Assembly: GCA_018657065.1 (NCBI GenBank)
Contig: JABHXU010000016.1
Coordinates: 6,333 to 70,332, forward strand
From: an archaeon
Lineage (GTDB): Archaea > Nanobdellota > Nanobdellia > Woesearchaeales > GW2011-AR15
Length of the DNA: 64,000 nt
Reading direction: 5' to 3'
The notes beneath the pieces are model-generated. The model worked only from the letters and a program-made list of their open reading frames with translations, was not told the origin of the DNA and did not search any database. Made by a program: the position numbers and the translations under genes. Shown here piece by piece: positions 9,349 to 18,620 of the stretch. The first letter of the stretch is position 1, and each line of letters begins with the position of its first letter.

Positions 9349-10410
9349 GTGACAATATTGTTTGATGAATTATTAATAAAAACATATTACGGAAACACTG
9401 TAAAAGAATGGTTAATTGCATTTTTAATTATATTAGGAGTTGCAATTGTTGCTAAAGTATTATATTATGTACTAACAAGTATTATCAAAGCTTTTACAAA
9501 AAAGACAAAGACAAAATTAGATGACATTCTAATTGATATGATTGAAGAACCATTAGTTTTCGCCATGGTTTTAGGCGGAATTTGGTATGCTTTAACCACT
9601 TTAAATTTTACAGAAACTGGAAGATTATTTGTTGATAATGCATTCCAATTCTTAATTGTTATTAATGTTACTTGGTTAATAAGTAGATTATTTGAAGCTT
9701 TATATCAAGAATACATGGTTCCTTATGCTGAAGCATCTGAAAATGATTTAGATGACCAATTATTTCCTCTAATCAAAAAAGGAGTAAAAGGAATTGTTTG
9801 GACTTTAGGTATTATTGTTGGTCTTGATAATGCTGGATATGATGTAGGAACTATATTAGCTGGTCTAGGTATAGGTGGTTTGGCTCTAGCTATGGCAGCT
9901 AAAGACACTGTTGCCAATGTTTTTGGTGGACTTACAATATTTTCTGATAAATTATTCAAACTTAAAGATGTTGTAAATGTATCAGGTGTAGAAGGTAAAG
10001 TTGAAGATATTGGTCTAAGATCTACAAAAATTAGAACTTATGATGGAAGAATTGTCACAATGCCTAATTCAAAGTTTACAAGTAGTGCTGTTGAAAATAT
10101 AAGTAGTGAACCATCTAGAAAAGTTAAATTAACTCTAGGAATTTCATGTGATACAGCCCCACTTCAAATTAAAAAAGCAATGGGACTTATTGAAAAAATC
10201 CTTGAAAAAAATGAAAATATTTTAAAAAAGTATTCAGTTAATTTCGGAGGATTTGGTGATTTTACATTTGATATTTCTGTTGCCTATTACATTAAAAAAG
10301 GCGCAAATATTGGTGGAACAAAATCAGAAATTCATATGGAAATTCTTAAAGAATTTAATAAAAACAAAATTGAAATGCCTTATCCAACATCAGTAATGTT
10401 GAAAGGATAA
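9349..10410 (+). CDS. Small-conductance mechanosensitive channel (MscS family); GTG start
   Basis: TM3 and the beta-domain signature are conserved: GLGIGGLALAMAAKDTVANVFGGLTIFSDKLFKLKDVVNVSGVEGKVEDIGLRSTKIRTYDGRIVTMPNSKF. Confidence 0.85.
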   Translation: MTILFDELLIKTYYGNTVKEWLIAFLIILGVAIVAKVLYYVLTSIIKAFTKKTKTKLDDILIDMIEEPLVFAMVLGGIWYALTTLNFTETGRLFVDNAFQFLIVINVTWLISRLFEALYQEYMVPYAEASENDLDDQLFPLIKKGVKGIVWTLGIIVGLDNAGYDVGTILAGLGIGGLALAMAAKDTVANVFGGLTIFSDKLFKLKDVVNVSGVEGKVEDIGLRSTKIRTYDGRIVTMPNSKFTSSAVENISSEPSRKVKLTLGISCDTAPLQIKKAMGLIEKILEKNENILKKYSVNFGGFGDFTFDISVAYYIKKGANIGGTKSEIHMEILKEFNKNKIEMPYPTSVMLKG

Positions 10411-10412
10411 GA

Positions 10413-11429
10413 TTATTTTTTTTCTTTTATTTCTTTTATTAAACTATAACCTATCCCATTACCTATTGTTTGAATATATTTTTGTTCTTGAAGAGAATCT
10501 CCTAACTTATCTCTAATATTTGCTATAACAACAGGAACATATGAATAGTTCCCACCCCATACTTCAAGATTAATTTTATCTGGTGTAATTATTTCTCCAG
10601 AATATCTTAATAATACATTTAATACTTTACTTTCTATTCCAGTTAAAAAACTAGGTTTTTTATTTTTATTTTCAGGAAAATGAATAATCCTATTTTCATT
10701 ATCATATAATAAATCTTGAATATTTACATCTCCTGATCTTTTTAATTTTCCAACAACAACCTCATTTCTCTTTTTAGATATTTTATATATTGGTTCATCT
10801 TCTTTTGACAAAGTATCAACTTTTTTTATAACACTATTAATTATTTTTCTAAGACTACTCATTGAGTTTTTAGTTTTTGTATATATTTTATTATAGATAT
10901 CCCGATAATCAACAATTTGACCTTCCCTACCAACTAAATATTCAAAAACAAGTCCTTCAATTGGATTTAATTTTAAGTTTTCTTCAGATTCAGTTCTTAA
11001 AACTCGAGTAACTGGATTATAAAAAAGATCACAAAATTCTAAGTCTTCAACAACTCCATAAAATTTGTATTTTTTTGCAGCTGCTTGACCAATAATATCA
11101 AACTGAGTTACATCTCTAATTTGTCTCTTCAATTCATTTATATGTGTTCTAACTTTAGAGAATATTTCTTCGTCAGGTTTTCCACCATATAAATCTGTAA
11201 AAATGTCTCTTTCAGAAACCTCATCATGTGCCATAAAATATGCTAGAATTGCTCCCCTAGAAGGTCCTAAAACAATTTCAGAAACATCTTCTCCTCTAGT
11301 TACTGTTACTTTAAACTCTGTTTCATTACCTAAAACAATTTTCTCTAAATTTACACCTCTAGTTGTTTGATCTATTTTTTCAGGTAGTGATCCTATATAA
11401 GCAATTAAAGTTGAGTTCATTTCTTGCAT
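10413..11429 (-). CDS. DNA-binding protein with two OmpR/PhoB-type winged-helix (trans_reg_C-like) domains and no receiver domain
   Basis: The C-terminal segment LTGIESKVLNVLLRYSGEIITPDKINLEVWGG...VIANIRDKLGD...IQTIGNGIGYSL matches the OmpR wHTH pattern. A second, similar module is LVFEYLVGREGQIVDYRDIYNKIY...SLRKIINSVIKKV. Confidence 0.5.
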   Translation of the reverse strand: MQEMNSTLIAYIGSLPEKIDQTTRGVNLEKIVLGNETEFKVTVTRGEDVSEIVLGPSRGAILAYFMAHDEVSERDIFTDLYGGKPDEEIFSKVRTHINELKRQIRDVTQFDIIGQAAAKKYKFYGVVEDLEFCDLFYNPVTRVLRTESEENLKLNPIEGLVFEYLVGREGQIVDYRDIYNKIYTKTKNSMSSLRKIINSVIKKVDTLSKEDEPIYKISKKRNEVVVGKLKRSGDVNIQDLLYDNENRIIHFPENKNKKPSFLTGIESKVLNVLLRYSGEIITPDKINLEVWGGNYSYVPVVIANIRDKLGDSLQEQKYIQTIGNGIGYSLIKEIKEKK

Positions 11430-11487
11430 AGAAGCGCGAGAACCCTAACTTATTTATAAATATTAATTCAAAAAAAGAAAAAAAATA

Positions 11488-12030
11488 CTAATATACCCAC
11501 TTAATACTACAACCCATAGAGGGGTTTTCTTGTTTACTTATTTGTTCAGATTCAAAATATTCTTTAATTGCATCATATAATTCATGAACTTGTGCAGATT
11601 CAGAACCATGAGCATCATCTATTCTACTATGAAAAACCAACTTTAAATCTTTATCAAATAAAAATGGATCAGGTGTACAAACTGCCCCATAATCTTTAGC
11701 AATCTTTTGAGTATCATCAAATAAATATGAAAAACTCAAATTAAGCTTCTTCATATTTTCAAAACTATCTTCAGGATACTCAGGATTATTATTTGGATTA
11801 ATTCCTATAACACTTAGTCCTTTATCTTTAAAATCTCGTGCAATTCGATTTAACTCTTCAATTTTAGGAATAACATAAGGACAATGATTACACATAAAAA
11901 CAACTAGTGTTAATTTTTCACCTTTTAATTCATTTAAAGAATGTTTTTTATCATCTGTCCCAACTAGTTTAAAACTTGGAGCAATGCTTTGTTTTTGTAA
12001 TCTATCATCATTTGATCCCATTAATGTCAT
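11488..12030 (-). CDS. Thioredoxin-fold thiol-disulfide oxidoreductase (TlpA/ResA/redoxin-like)
   Basis: A CxxC active site sits in the motif TLVVFMCNHCPYVIPK within a thioredoxin-like beta-alpha-beta context. Confidence 0.6.
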   Translation of the reverse strand: MTLMGSNDDRLQKQSIAPSFKLVGTDDKKHSLNELKGEKLTLVVFMCNHCPYVIPKIEELNRIARDFKDKGLSVIGINPNNNPEYPEDSFENMKKLNLSFSYLFDDTQKIAKDYGAVCTPDPFLFDKDLKLVFHSRIDDAHGSESAQVHELYDAIKEYFESEQISKQENPSMGCSIKWVY

Positions 12031-12081
12031 AATATCACCAATTAAAAATATAATTCAAAAGTTTAAAAGAATATTGTTTAA

Positions 12082-12513
12082 TTATTCAATCCCATAATCA
12101 AAGTTATCATATTTTCCAGTATCAACAATAAATTCATCTTTTGATTTTTTGTAATGAACTTTTTCCTTTTTTTGAAGTGGTTTGTCAGAAACATTTGTTT
12201 TTGAGATTTTTGGTTTTTGTATTTCTTCTTTTTTTTCAGGATTATTTTTTTCTTGCTTTTTTTTACTATATTCAAGCATTTCAAGACCTTTTTTTAAATT
12301 AATATTTCCACAATTAATACAAAAAAAATAAGGACCATATTTTCCTGTTCTAATATCAAGCCAAGAACCACATAAACATTTTATATCTGGAAGATTAGTT
12401 TCTTTATGAGCCAAACAAACTAAAAGTCCTTGTTTATTTTTAGCTAATGCTTGTTTATCACAAAATGGACAACTATCATTTCTAGATTCTCCATATCGTT
12501 TAGGTATTCTCAT
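12082..12513 (-). CDS. Stand-alone topoisomerase-type C4 zinc-ribbon protein with lysine-rich tail
   Basis: CPFCDK...CLCGSWLDIRTGKYGPYFFCINCGN matches the zf-C4_Topoisom pattern (C-x2-C...G-R-f-G-p-f-f-g-C-x-x-C). Confidence 0.5.
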   Translation of the reverse strand: MRIPKRYGESRNDSCPFCDKQALAKNKQGLLVCLAHKETNLPDIKCLCGSWLDIRTGKYGPYFFCINCGNINLKKGLEMLEYSKKKQEKNNPEKKEEIQKPKISKTNVSDKPLQKKEKVHYKKSKDEFIVDTGKYDNFDYGIE

Positions 12514-12566
12514 TAAATAATTAATTTTTCATAGAATATTTATATCTATTTATTCTTCAATTAATT

Positions 12567-13157
12567 ATGAAGTTTAAAAAAGATAATTTAGTTTATAATT
12601 TTTTAAATAAACTGGATTCATTTTTAAAAAAACTAGCAAATGATCCTAAAAAAGTTATGGGTGTAGCTATTCTTTCAATTATTGGTCTTATTGTTATCAC
12701 AAAATTTCGAAGTATTTTATTTTTTGTTTTACTAAATTTACTTGCATCTGTTTCTATGATGTATTTAAAAATTTCAAAACATGCTCATTATATTGGATTA
12801 GAACTTTGCACATTAGCAACTGTTTTAATATCATTAAAATATGGACATACTCTAGGTATGATCACCGGTTTTATTTCTATAACCTCTGCATTAATTGTAA
12901 GCGGATATTTTAAACCTACATATTTTGTTTCTGTTTTAACTATGCCACTAATAGGCATAATTACACCATTATTCTCAAATTTAAGTTTGTGGCAAATTGG
13001 TCTTATTATGACATTGATGTATGACGCTATTGTTCTTCCCCTCTATATTTTTATGGGAAGTAGGATTATTTCAAGTGTAATTTTTTTTATAACACACGTT
13101 CTTTTCAACTATTGGGTCTTTACTACACTTGCACCTGTATTATTTAATTTGATGTAA
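12567..13157 (+). CDS. Polytopic membrane protein, unknown function
   Basis: 196-aa ORF with 5-6 hydrophobic helices. Confidence 0.4.
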   Translation: MKFKKDNLVYNFLNKLDSFLKKLANDPKKVMGVAILSIIGLIVITKFRSILFFVLLNLLASVSMMYLKISKHAHYIGLELCTLATVLISLKYGHTLGMITGFISITSALIVSGYFKPTYFVSVLTMPLIGIITPLFSNLSLWQIGLIMTLMYDAIVLPLYIFMGSRIISSVIFFITHVLFNYWVFTTLAPVLFNLM

Positions 13158-13206
13158 CAGTCAAAGAAAAATATATTAAGGGGATTTCTTAATTAAAACT
13201 TCAAAG

Positions 13207-13929
13207 GTGATTAATTTGAAAAAAAATTTATTATATTTTATGTTAATATTAAGTATTGTTATTATTGCAGGTTGCACAAGAAGTTATGCACCATCAACAA
13301 ATAATAATAACAATCCAATAGAACCTACCCAAAGTGAAAATGAAAATAGTTGTAAAGATTATGAAAATGGTGTCGATCAATATGTTAACGGTGAACTAAC
13401 TGTTTGCATGTATGGTGCTGAAGAACCAGGTGACGAGCCTGGGATGATGTGTGCTAGACATAATGATTTATGTGATCAGGATTCAGACGAATTATACGAA
13501 AAATATTGTGAAGGAGATGAAATGAAATTTGAAGTAATTCCTTGTAAATATGGTTGTGAAAATGGAGCATGTTTACAATTTATAGAAAGATGTCAATTCC
13601 CTGCAGGAACAGATTGTGTAGACAAAGCTACAACAACAAGCGATAGTATGGAAATAGCTCTTAGAAATAATATTGGTTTTACAATTGAAATAAGTCATGT
13701 AAATGATGAATATTGTAGTGGATTTACTTTAGTTGCTGTTGGAACATCTGATCCCTATGAACAAATAAATAATCAAGAAGTACCAAATAATGAAATCTAT
13801 AGAATTAAGTTGCAAGGATGTGAATTTGATGCAGATCCTATATTTAATAATGTTGAAGTAACTTATAAAAACACAGCAACAGGACTATCACATATAGCAA
13901 TTGGTGAAATTGAAAGTATAATAACTTAG
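13207..13929 (+). CDS. Cysteine-rich acidic lipoprotein (signal peptide plus lipobox IAGC), unknown function
   Basis: The N-terminus MINLKKNLLYFMLILSIVIIAGC has a hydrophobic h-region followed by a lipobox Cys. The mature part contains 16 or more Cys and acidic stretches. The gene ends with TAG, directly followed by a terminator hairpin. Confidence 0.5.
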   Translation: MINLKKNLLYFMLILSIVIIAGCTRSYAPSTNNNNNPIEPTQSENENSCKDYENGVDQYVNGELTVCMYGAEEPGDEPGMMCARHNDLCDQDSDELYEKYCEGDEMKFEVIPCKYGCENGACLQFIERCQFPAGTDCVDKATTTSDSMEIALRNNIGFTIEISHVNDEYCSGFTLVAVGTSDPYEQINNQEVPNNEIYRIKLQGCEFDADPIFNNVEVTYKNTATGLSHIAIGEIESIIT

Positions 13930-13939
13930 AATTTATATT

Positions 13940-13965
13940 CCTGCTTAATTAGCAGGCTTTTTTTT
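13940..13965 (+). terminator. Hairpin plus T-run termination signal
   Basis: cctgct-taatt-agcagg is a perfect 6-bp stem, followed by cttttttttg. It lies 11 nt after the TAG stop of the preceding gene. Confidence 0.5.
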
Positions 13966-14012
13966 GTTTCTTCAATAACTTTTATAACCAACAAACGATT
14001 TCTTTTAATAAT

Positions 14013-14711
14013 ATGGAAAAATATCAAATTGAAGGAAGAAATCCTGTATATGAAGCTCTTAGATCCAAAGTTAAGATTACAAAAATTTTTGTTGAAGAAA
14101 ATAAACAAAACAATGAACGAGTTAAAAAAATCATTAAACTAGCTAAAGACAAGAATGTACCTATTGTCATTAGAGAATTTCTTAAGAATTTTGCAGAAAC
14201 AGAAAGGCATCAAGGTGTCGTTGCTATTGCTATAAAAGACAAATTAAAATTAAAAGATATTAAAGATCCTCAATTAGTAATTATAATTTCTGGATCTGAT
14301 TATGATATGAATTTAGGTACATTAATTAGAAGTGCTGAAGCTGCAGGAGCAAATTGTATAATTGTTCCTAGAAAAACAAAAATTTCTCCACTTGTTATTA
14401 AATCAAGTGCCGGTGCAATTTCTCATATTCCTGTAATTGAAGAAAATTTATTTACTGCATTAAAACATTTTAGAAAAATCGGATTAATTGTTTACGGTTT
14501 AGATGAAGAAGCTAAAACAACAATATATAATGCTAACTTAAATCAACCTATTGTATTAGTTATAGGAAAAGAAGATTCTGGGTTAAATGAATCAAGCAGT
14601 AAATATATTGATGAATACTTAAAAATTCCAATGTATGGGAAAATGAATTCTTTGAATATGGCTGTAAGTGCATCAATTGCCATGTTTGAAACAATAAGAC
14701 AAAAAAAGTAA
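14013..14711 (+). CDS. SpoU/TrmH-family RNA 2'-O-methyltransferase
   Basis: The SPOUT signature motifs are present: LVIIISGSDYDMNLGTLIRSAEAAGA, VLVIGKEDSGL and SLNMAVSASIAMFE. Confidence 0.85.
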   Translation: MEKYQIEGRNPVYEALRSKVKITKIFVEENKQNNERVKKIIKLAKDKNVPIVIREFLKNFAETERHQGVVAIAIKDKLKLKDIKDPQLVIIISGSDYDMNLGTLIRSAEAAGANCIIVPRKTKISPLVIKSSAGAISHIPVIEENLFTALKHFRKIGLIVYGLDEEAKTTIYNANLNQPIVLVIGKEDSGLNESSSKYIDEYLKIPMYGKMNSLNMAVSASIAMFETIRQKK

Positions 14712-14765
14712 ACTCTTTTTTTACTTAAACAACATCTTTAAATACATTTCATCTAATCTTTAATC

Positions 14766-15371
14766 TTGGTGATTATTATGAATTTTAAAGAAATTGTTAT
14801 GTCTAGATATGCAACTAAAAAATTTAATGGTGAAAAAATTCCTCAAGATAAAGTTGATGAGTTAATTGAATTAATTAGATACTCAGCCTCAAGCTTTAAT
14901 ATGCAAACTTGGAAACTTAAAATTATTTCAGATCCTAAAATGTTAGCTGATCTAAAACCTGTTTCATTTAATCAAGAACAAATTACTACTTGTAGTCATT
15001 TACTTGTCTTTTGTGCTGACAGTGATTTAATGGGTTCAATAAATAGAATTAAACAAATGATGCTGGATAGTGGAGCTAAAGAAGAGGATATCAAAGCTTA
15101 TATTGATATGATGACAAGTTATGTTTCAAGTTTAGATGAAAATGGAAAAAATTCATATGCTAGAGACCAAGTTTTTATTGCTTTAGGTAATGCATTAAAC
15201 GGAGCTAAGGCACTTGGATTTGATTCTTGTCCTATGGGTGGATTTGATCCAATGAAATATAAAGAAATGTTAAATCTTAGTGATAACTTAATGCCTGCTG
15301 TTATTTGTCCAATTGGATACGCTGCAGACGAACCTCGTCCAAAAATGAGATTTGATAATATAGTTTTATAA
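14766..15371 (+). CDS. Nitroreductase-family oxidoreductase
   Basis: MSRYATKKFNGEKIPQDKVDELIELIRYSASSFNMQTWKLKII matches the nitroreductase N-terminal FMN-binding motif (R-x-S/A-x-r-x-f). Confidence 0.8.
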   Translation: MVIIMNFKEIVMSRYATKKFNGEKIPQDKVDELIELIRYSASSFNMQTWKLKIISDPKMLADLKPVSFNQEQITTCSHLLVFCADSDLMGSINRIKQMMLDSGAKEEDIKAYIDMMTSYVSSLDENGKNSYARDQVFIALGNALNGAKALGFDSCPMGGFDPMKYKEMLNLSDNLMPAVICPIGYAADEPRPKMRFDNIVL

Positions 15372-15438
15372 AAAAATTTTATTTTTTATTCTTACACTCA
15401 TAGAATAATTTAAATAATCAAATATTCTTTTAATTAAA

Positions 15439-15846
15439 ATGATGAATTATCTAAAACCTCTACAAATGAGTTATTCATATAGTATGGTTTTGTTTGGAGT
15501 TTTTTCAGTAGTTCTTATTGTATGGGCAATTATAGATTGTTTAAATTCAAAAAGAAAAGACATTGAAAAATTAATTTGGATTATTATCATTTTCTCACTA
15601 AATGTTATAGGTGTTGCTATATATTTTATGATTGCTAAACGAGGTATCACAATGGCTAAAAATACTAAAAAATTATTCAGAAGTAAAAAAAATAAAATGA
15701 TCGCAGGAGTTTGTGGAGGTTTAGGAGAGTATCTAGAAGTTGATCCAACAGTAGTTAGATTAATTTGGGTATTATTTGCACTAACTGGCTCAGGAATTCT
15801 TGCTTATATTGTTGCTTGGATTATTATTCCTGAATCTAAACATTAA
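15439..15846 (+). CDS. Small membrane protein fusing a PLDc_N-like N-terminal TM module to a PspC domain
   Basis: The C-terminal motif KKNKMIAGVCGGLGEYLEVDPTVVRLIWVLFAL matches the PspC signature (R-x-x-x-iaGVcgGla-yl-idp-vRv). The N-terminal segment VLIVWAIIDCLNS...WIIIIFSLNVIGVAIYFMI resembles PLDc_N. Confidence 0.55.
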   Translation: MMNYLKPLQMSYSYSMVLFGVFSVVLIVWAIIDCLNSKRKDIEKLIWIIIIFSLNVIGVAIYFMIAKRGITMAKNTKKLFRSKKNKMIAGVCGGLGEYLEVDPTVVRLIWVLFALTGSGILAYIVAWIIIPESKH

Positions 15847-15882
15847 TTTATTTGTTTTTTGAACATATATATTTTATTTATT

Positions 15883-16845
15883 TCAACCAACAAATTCATT
15901 TGTAAAAATATCTTCAATTTTTACCTCAGTCTCAATAATGTTATTGTTTGATAATATTGTTATCATGTTTTCCCAAACTTTAGGTTCCATTACTCCTAAT
16001 CTTGAATCTCCTGTATGAATTAAAGGAATTGAACTAGCTAACATATTTTGTTGATGAGACCTTGATGAATCAATTGCATAATTCATGATAATATCTACAG
16101 TTTCTTCTTCATTTTCAATAGCATATTGCCATCCTTTTAATGTCGCTTCAACAAAAGATCTAACTTGCTTAGGATTATTATTGATATTATCTACTGTTGT
16201 TACTATTACATCTGCATACATAGTAACTCCCCAATCTTCTGGTCCTATTATCTCAACTTCATATCCATTTTCCATAGCAGTATTTGGTTCATTTATTCTA
16301 AACCCTGGCCAGACATCTATTTCTTTATTATAAAATGAAGTTAAATCATATGCTATTTCTACTTCAGTAATTTCATTTCTATTAATATTCAAATATTCAA
16401 GCATAGAAACATAAGAGTAAAATGTTCCAGAACCTTTTTTGATCCCAATTTTTTTCCCCACAAAATCATGAGGGCTTTTTATTCCACTTTCCTTTAAAGC
16501 AAAATAACAAACTGGACTTAATTTATATATTACAGCAACTGCTTTTACTGGTTCGCCTTTTGAAATAGCAACAATTAAATCATCTGCTCCAACAATTCCA
16601 AAATCTGATTCTCCTGATAAAACTTCTTGCAATGATGAAAAATCCACTCCTCCTTTTTTTAATGAAACATTTAATCCATTTTGTTCATAAAATCCTTTAT
16701 CTAAAGCAATATAATTTCCTGAAAATTGTGCTTGATGTAACCATTTAAGTCTTACATCAACATTATCAAGTTCTATTGTAGTCTTTGTTGTTGCACAAGC
16801 TGTTAAAAAAATAATTATCAAAAGTAAAATAAGTCCTCGTCTCAT
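15883..16845 (-). CDS. ABC-transporter substrate-binding lipoprotein, NMT1/THI5 (SsuA/TauA-like) family
   Basis: It has a lipoprotein signal (LIIIFLTAC) and a periplasmic-binding-protein type 2 pattern (LDNVDVRLKWLHQAQFSGNYIALDKGFY...GIVGADDLI). Confidence 0.7.
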   Translation of the reverse strand: MRRGLILLLIIIFLTACATTKTTIELDNVDVRLKWLHQAQFSGNYIALDKGFYEQNGLNVSLKKGGVDFSSLQEVLSGESDFGIVGADDLIVAISKGEPVKAVAVIYKLSPVCYFALKESGIKSPHDFVGKKIGIKKGSGTFYSYVSMLEYLNINRNEITEVEIAYDLTSFYNKEIDVWPGFRINEPNTAMENGYEVEIIGPEDWGVTMYADVIVTTVDNINNNPKQVRSFVEATLKGWQYAIENEEETVDIIMNYAIDSSRSHQQNMLASSIPLIHTGDSRLGVMEPKVWENMITILSNNNIIETEVKIEDIFTNEFVG

Positions 16846-16925
16846 TACTATACCTCCTTAGTGACTGTAACAATATAACAAGTATGGGTGTTATCTGTAT
16901 TTAAATGTTTAGAAACATAATTGAA

Positions 16926-17780
16926 TTAATTAATAGCATATTTAACAGCAGATTCTGCTAAAATTTTTGCAGTGTCAAAAAGTTCAATATCTACATCTTC
17001 TTGTTTAAGTAAAAGAGGAATATCAGTACATCCTAAAATAATTGCTTTTACATTATTTTTTTCAAGTTTCCAAATAATTTTTTTAAAATCAAGTTTATCC
17101 TGCCTTAGTTTTTTACCCTGTAATATATTATCAACAATAGAATTCACTTTTTCTTGGTCTTTAGGAGCAATTAATTTTATTCCTAATTTTTTTAAGTCTT
17201 GATTGTAAATTTTTCCATTAATTGTTGTGTTTGTTGCTAGTATTCCTACAAAATCTATGTTTTCAGATTTGATTTTTTTAGCAGTTTCTGTTGCTATACT
17301 TAAAAAAGGAATCGATATTTGTTTTTTTATATCTTGATAATAAAAATGAGCTGTGTTACATGGCATAACAATAAAATCTGCACCTATTTTTTCAAGTCTT
17401 TTTGCTCCATTAATTAATAATTCTAACACTTCTTTAGATTTTTGCGCTTTGTTAAACATGTTTGGAACTGGTAAATTTAAAATTATAATTTCAGGAAAAT
17501 CAACATCATATTTTGCCCCATAAATTATTCTACATTGTTGAATTAACTCTTGATAAAAATTAGCTGTAGCTTCTGGACTCATACCACCTAAAACACCAAT
17601 TATCTTTTTTTTTGGTTTTGAATTTAAATCAACTTTTGTTTTCCACTTAATTTTAATATTATTTGGTAAAAAAACTACTTCTTCTTGAATTATTGAATAA
17701 GAATCCTCTGGATCAGAAAATAGAGTTTTATCTATTTTTACTTCATCTTCATAGATTCCTCTATTAACTAATCTAGACAT
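16926..17780 (-). CDS. Aspartate/glutamate racemase-family protein with about 60-aa N-terminal extension
   Basis: IIGVLGGMSPEATANFYQELI and VMPCNTAHFY match the Asp/Glu racemase active-site regions (the Cys of CNTAH). The second Cys region is GCTDIPLLL. Confidence 0.8.
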   Translation of the reverse strand: MSRLVNRGIYEDEVKIDKTLFSDPEDSYSIIQEEVVFLPNNIKIKWKTKVDLNSKPKKKIIGVLGGMSPEATANFYQELIQQCRIIYGAKYDVDFPEIIILNLPVPNMFNKAQKSKEVLELLINGAKRLEKIGADFIVMPCNTAHFYYQDIKKQISIPFLSIATETAKKIKSENIDFVGILATNTTINGKIYNQDLKKLGIKLIAPKDQEKVNSIVDNILQGKKLRQDKLDFKKIIWKLEKNNVKAIILGCTDIPLLLKQEDVDIELFDTAKILAESAVKYAIN

Positions 17781-17849
17781 ATATATAATTTAAAAAAATC
17801 TAGATATGAATCTAGAGCTAATATTGTATATATGCATATATATGTAAAA

Positions 17850-18560
17850 TTAGTAATCAAGCAAACTTGTTTTTTTTGTTACATCTATTTCTGGAGGCTC
17901 AAAACTTACTTTTGTTTCTCTATATTTACAATAATTGCATTTTTCAGCAGCCTCAGGAATTGGTCCTCTTAAAACATTTAAAGCATTATCAATTATTTTT
18001 TGAGCCACACCTTCATCTGTTTTTATCTTTACTAAATCTTTATGAAATAAAAAAACGTTTTCCATTACTTTATCAGGATGATAAAATAATAAATATGAAT
18101 AATCTTCAGTTTCATATCCAATCTTTCTTAAAAGATAATTATAAAGAGCTTGTTGATCAATATAATGACTGTGTGTGTCTTCTTTTAATGGATATCCTCT
18201 TGTTTTATAATCAAGAACAATTAATTTTCCATTTTCTTTATTAACTAAAATAGCGTCTACAGCTCCTTTTAAAATAAATTCATCGCATTCATACTTTATT
18301 CCTACCCAATTTGTTCTCCATTTGTCAAGTAATTCTAAATCCTCAAATAATTTAACACCCTTAATCTCTTTAATTTCAGGTGGCATTTCTTTTTTTTTAG
18401 CATAAAAATCAAAATGATGTTTTAATATTCTATCCATTCCACTAGGAAGACTAGGAAAGATACCATCTGGTCTTTTAAAATCTTTATTATATTGCAACCA
18501 AAAACATCTTGGACAGTCTTTAAGTAAATTAATTCTAGAAGGAGTGAATTTATATTTCAT
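17850..18560 (-). CDS. Cas4-like PD-(D/E)XK nuclease (DUF83/RecB-family) with four-Cys cluster, stand-alone
   Basis: The N-terminal CPRCFWLQY is a Cas4-like C-P-R-x-x-Y/W motif. IVLDYKT supplies the D-x-K catalytic residues, QQALYNYLL is a QhxxY motif, and CNYCKY sits at the C-terminus. No cas genes are nearby. Confidence 0.6.
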   Translation of the reverse strand: MKYKFTPSRINLLKDCPRCFWLQYNKDFKRPDGIFPSLPSGMDRILKHHFDFYAKKKEMPPEIKEIKGVKLFEDLELLDKWRTNWVGIKYECDEFILKGAVDAILVNKENGKLIVLDYKTRGYPLKEDTHSHYIDQQALYNYLLRKIGYETEDYSYLLFYHPDKVMENVFLFHKDLVKIKTDEGVAQKIIDNALNVLRGPIPEAAEKCNYCKYRETKVSFEPPEIDVTKKTSLLDY

Positions 18561-18620
18561 AATATTAAATAAAATAACAATTCTTTAAAAGAATTGTGTA
18601 AAGATGTCTAGTGAGAAAAT

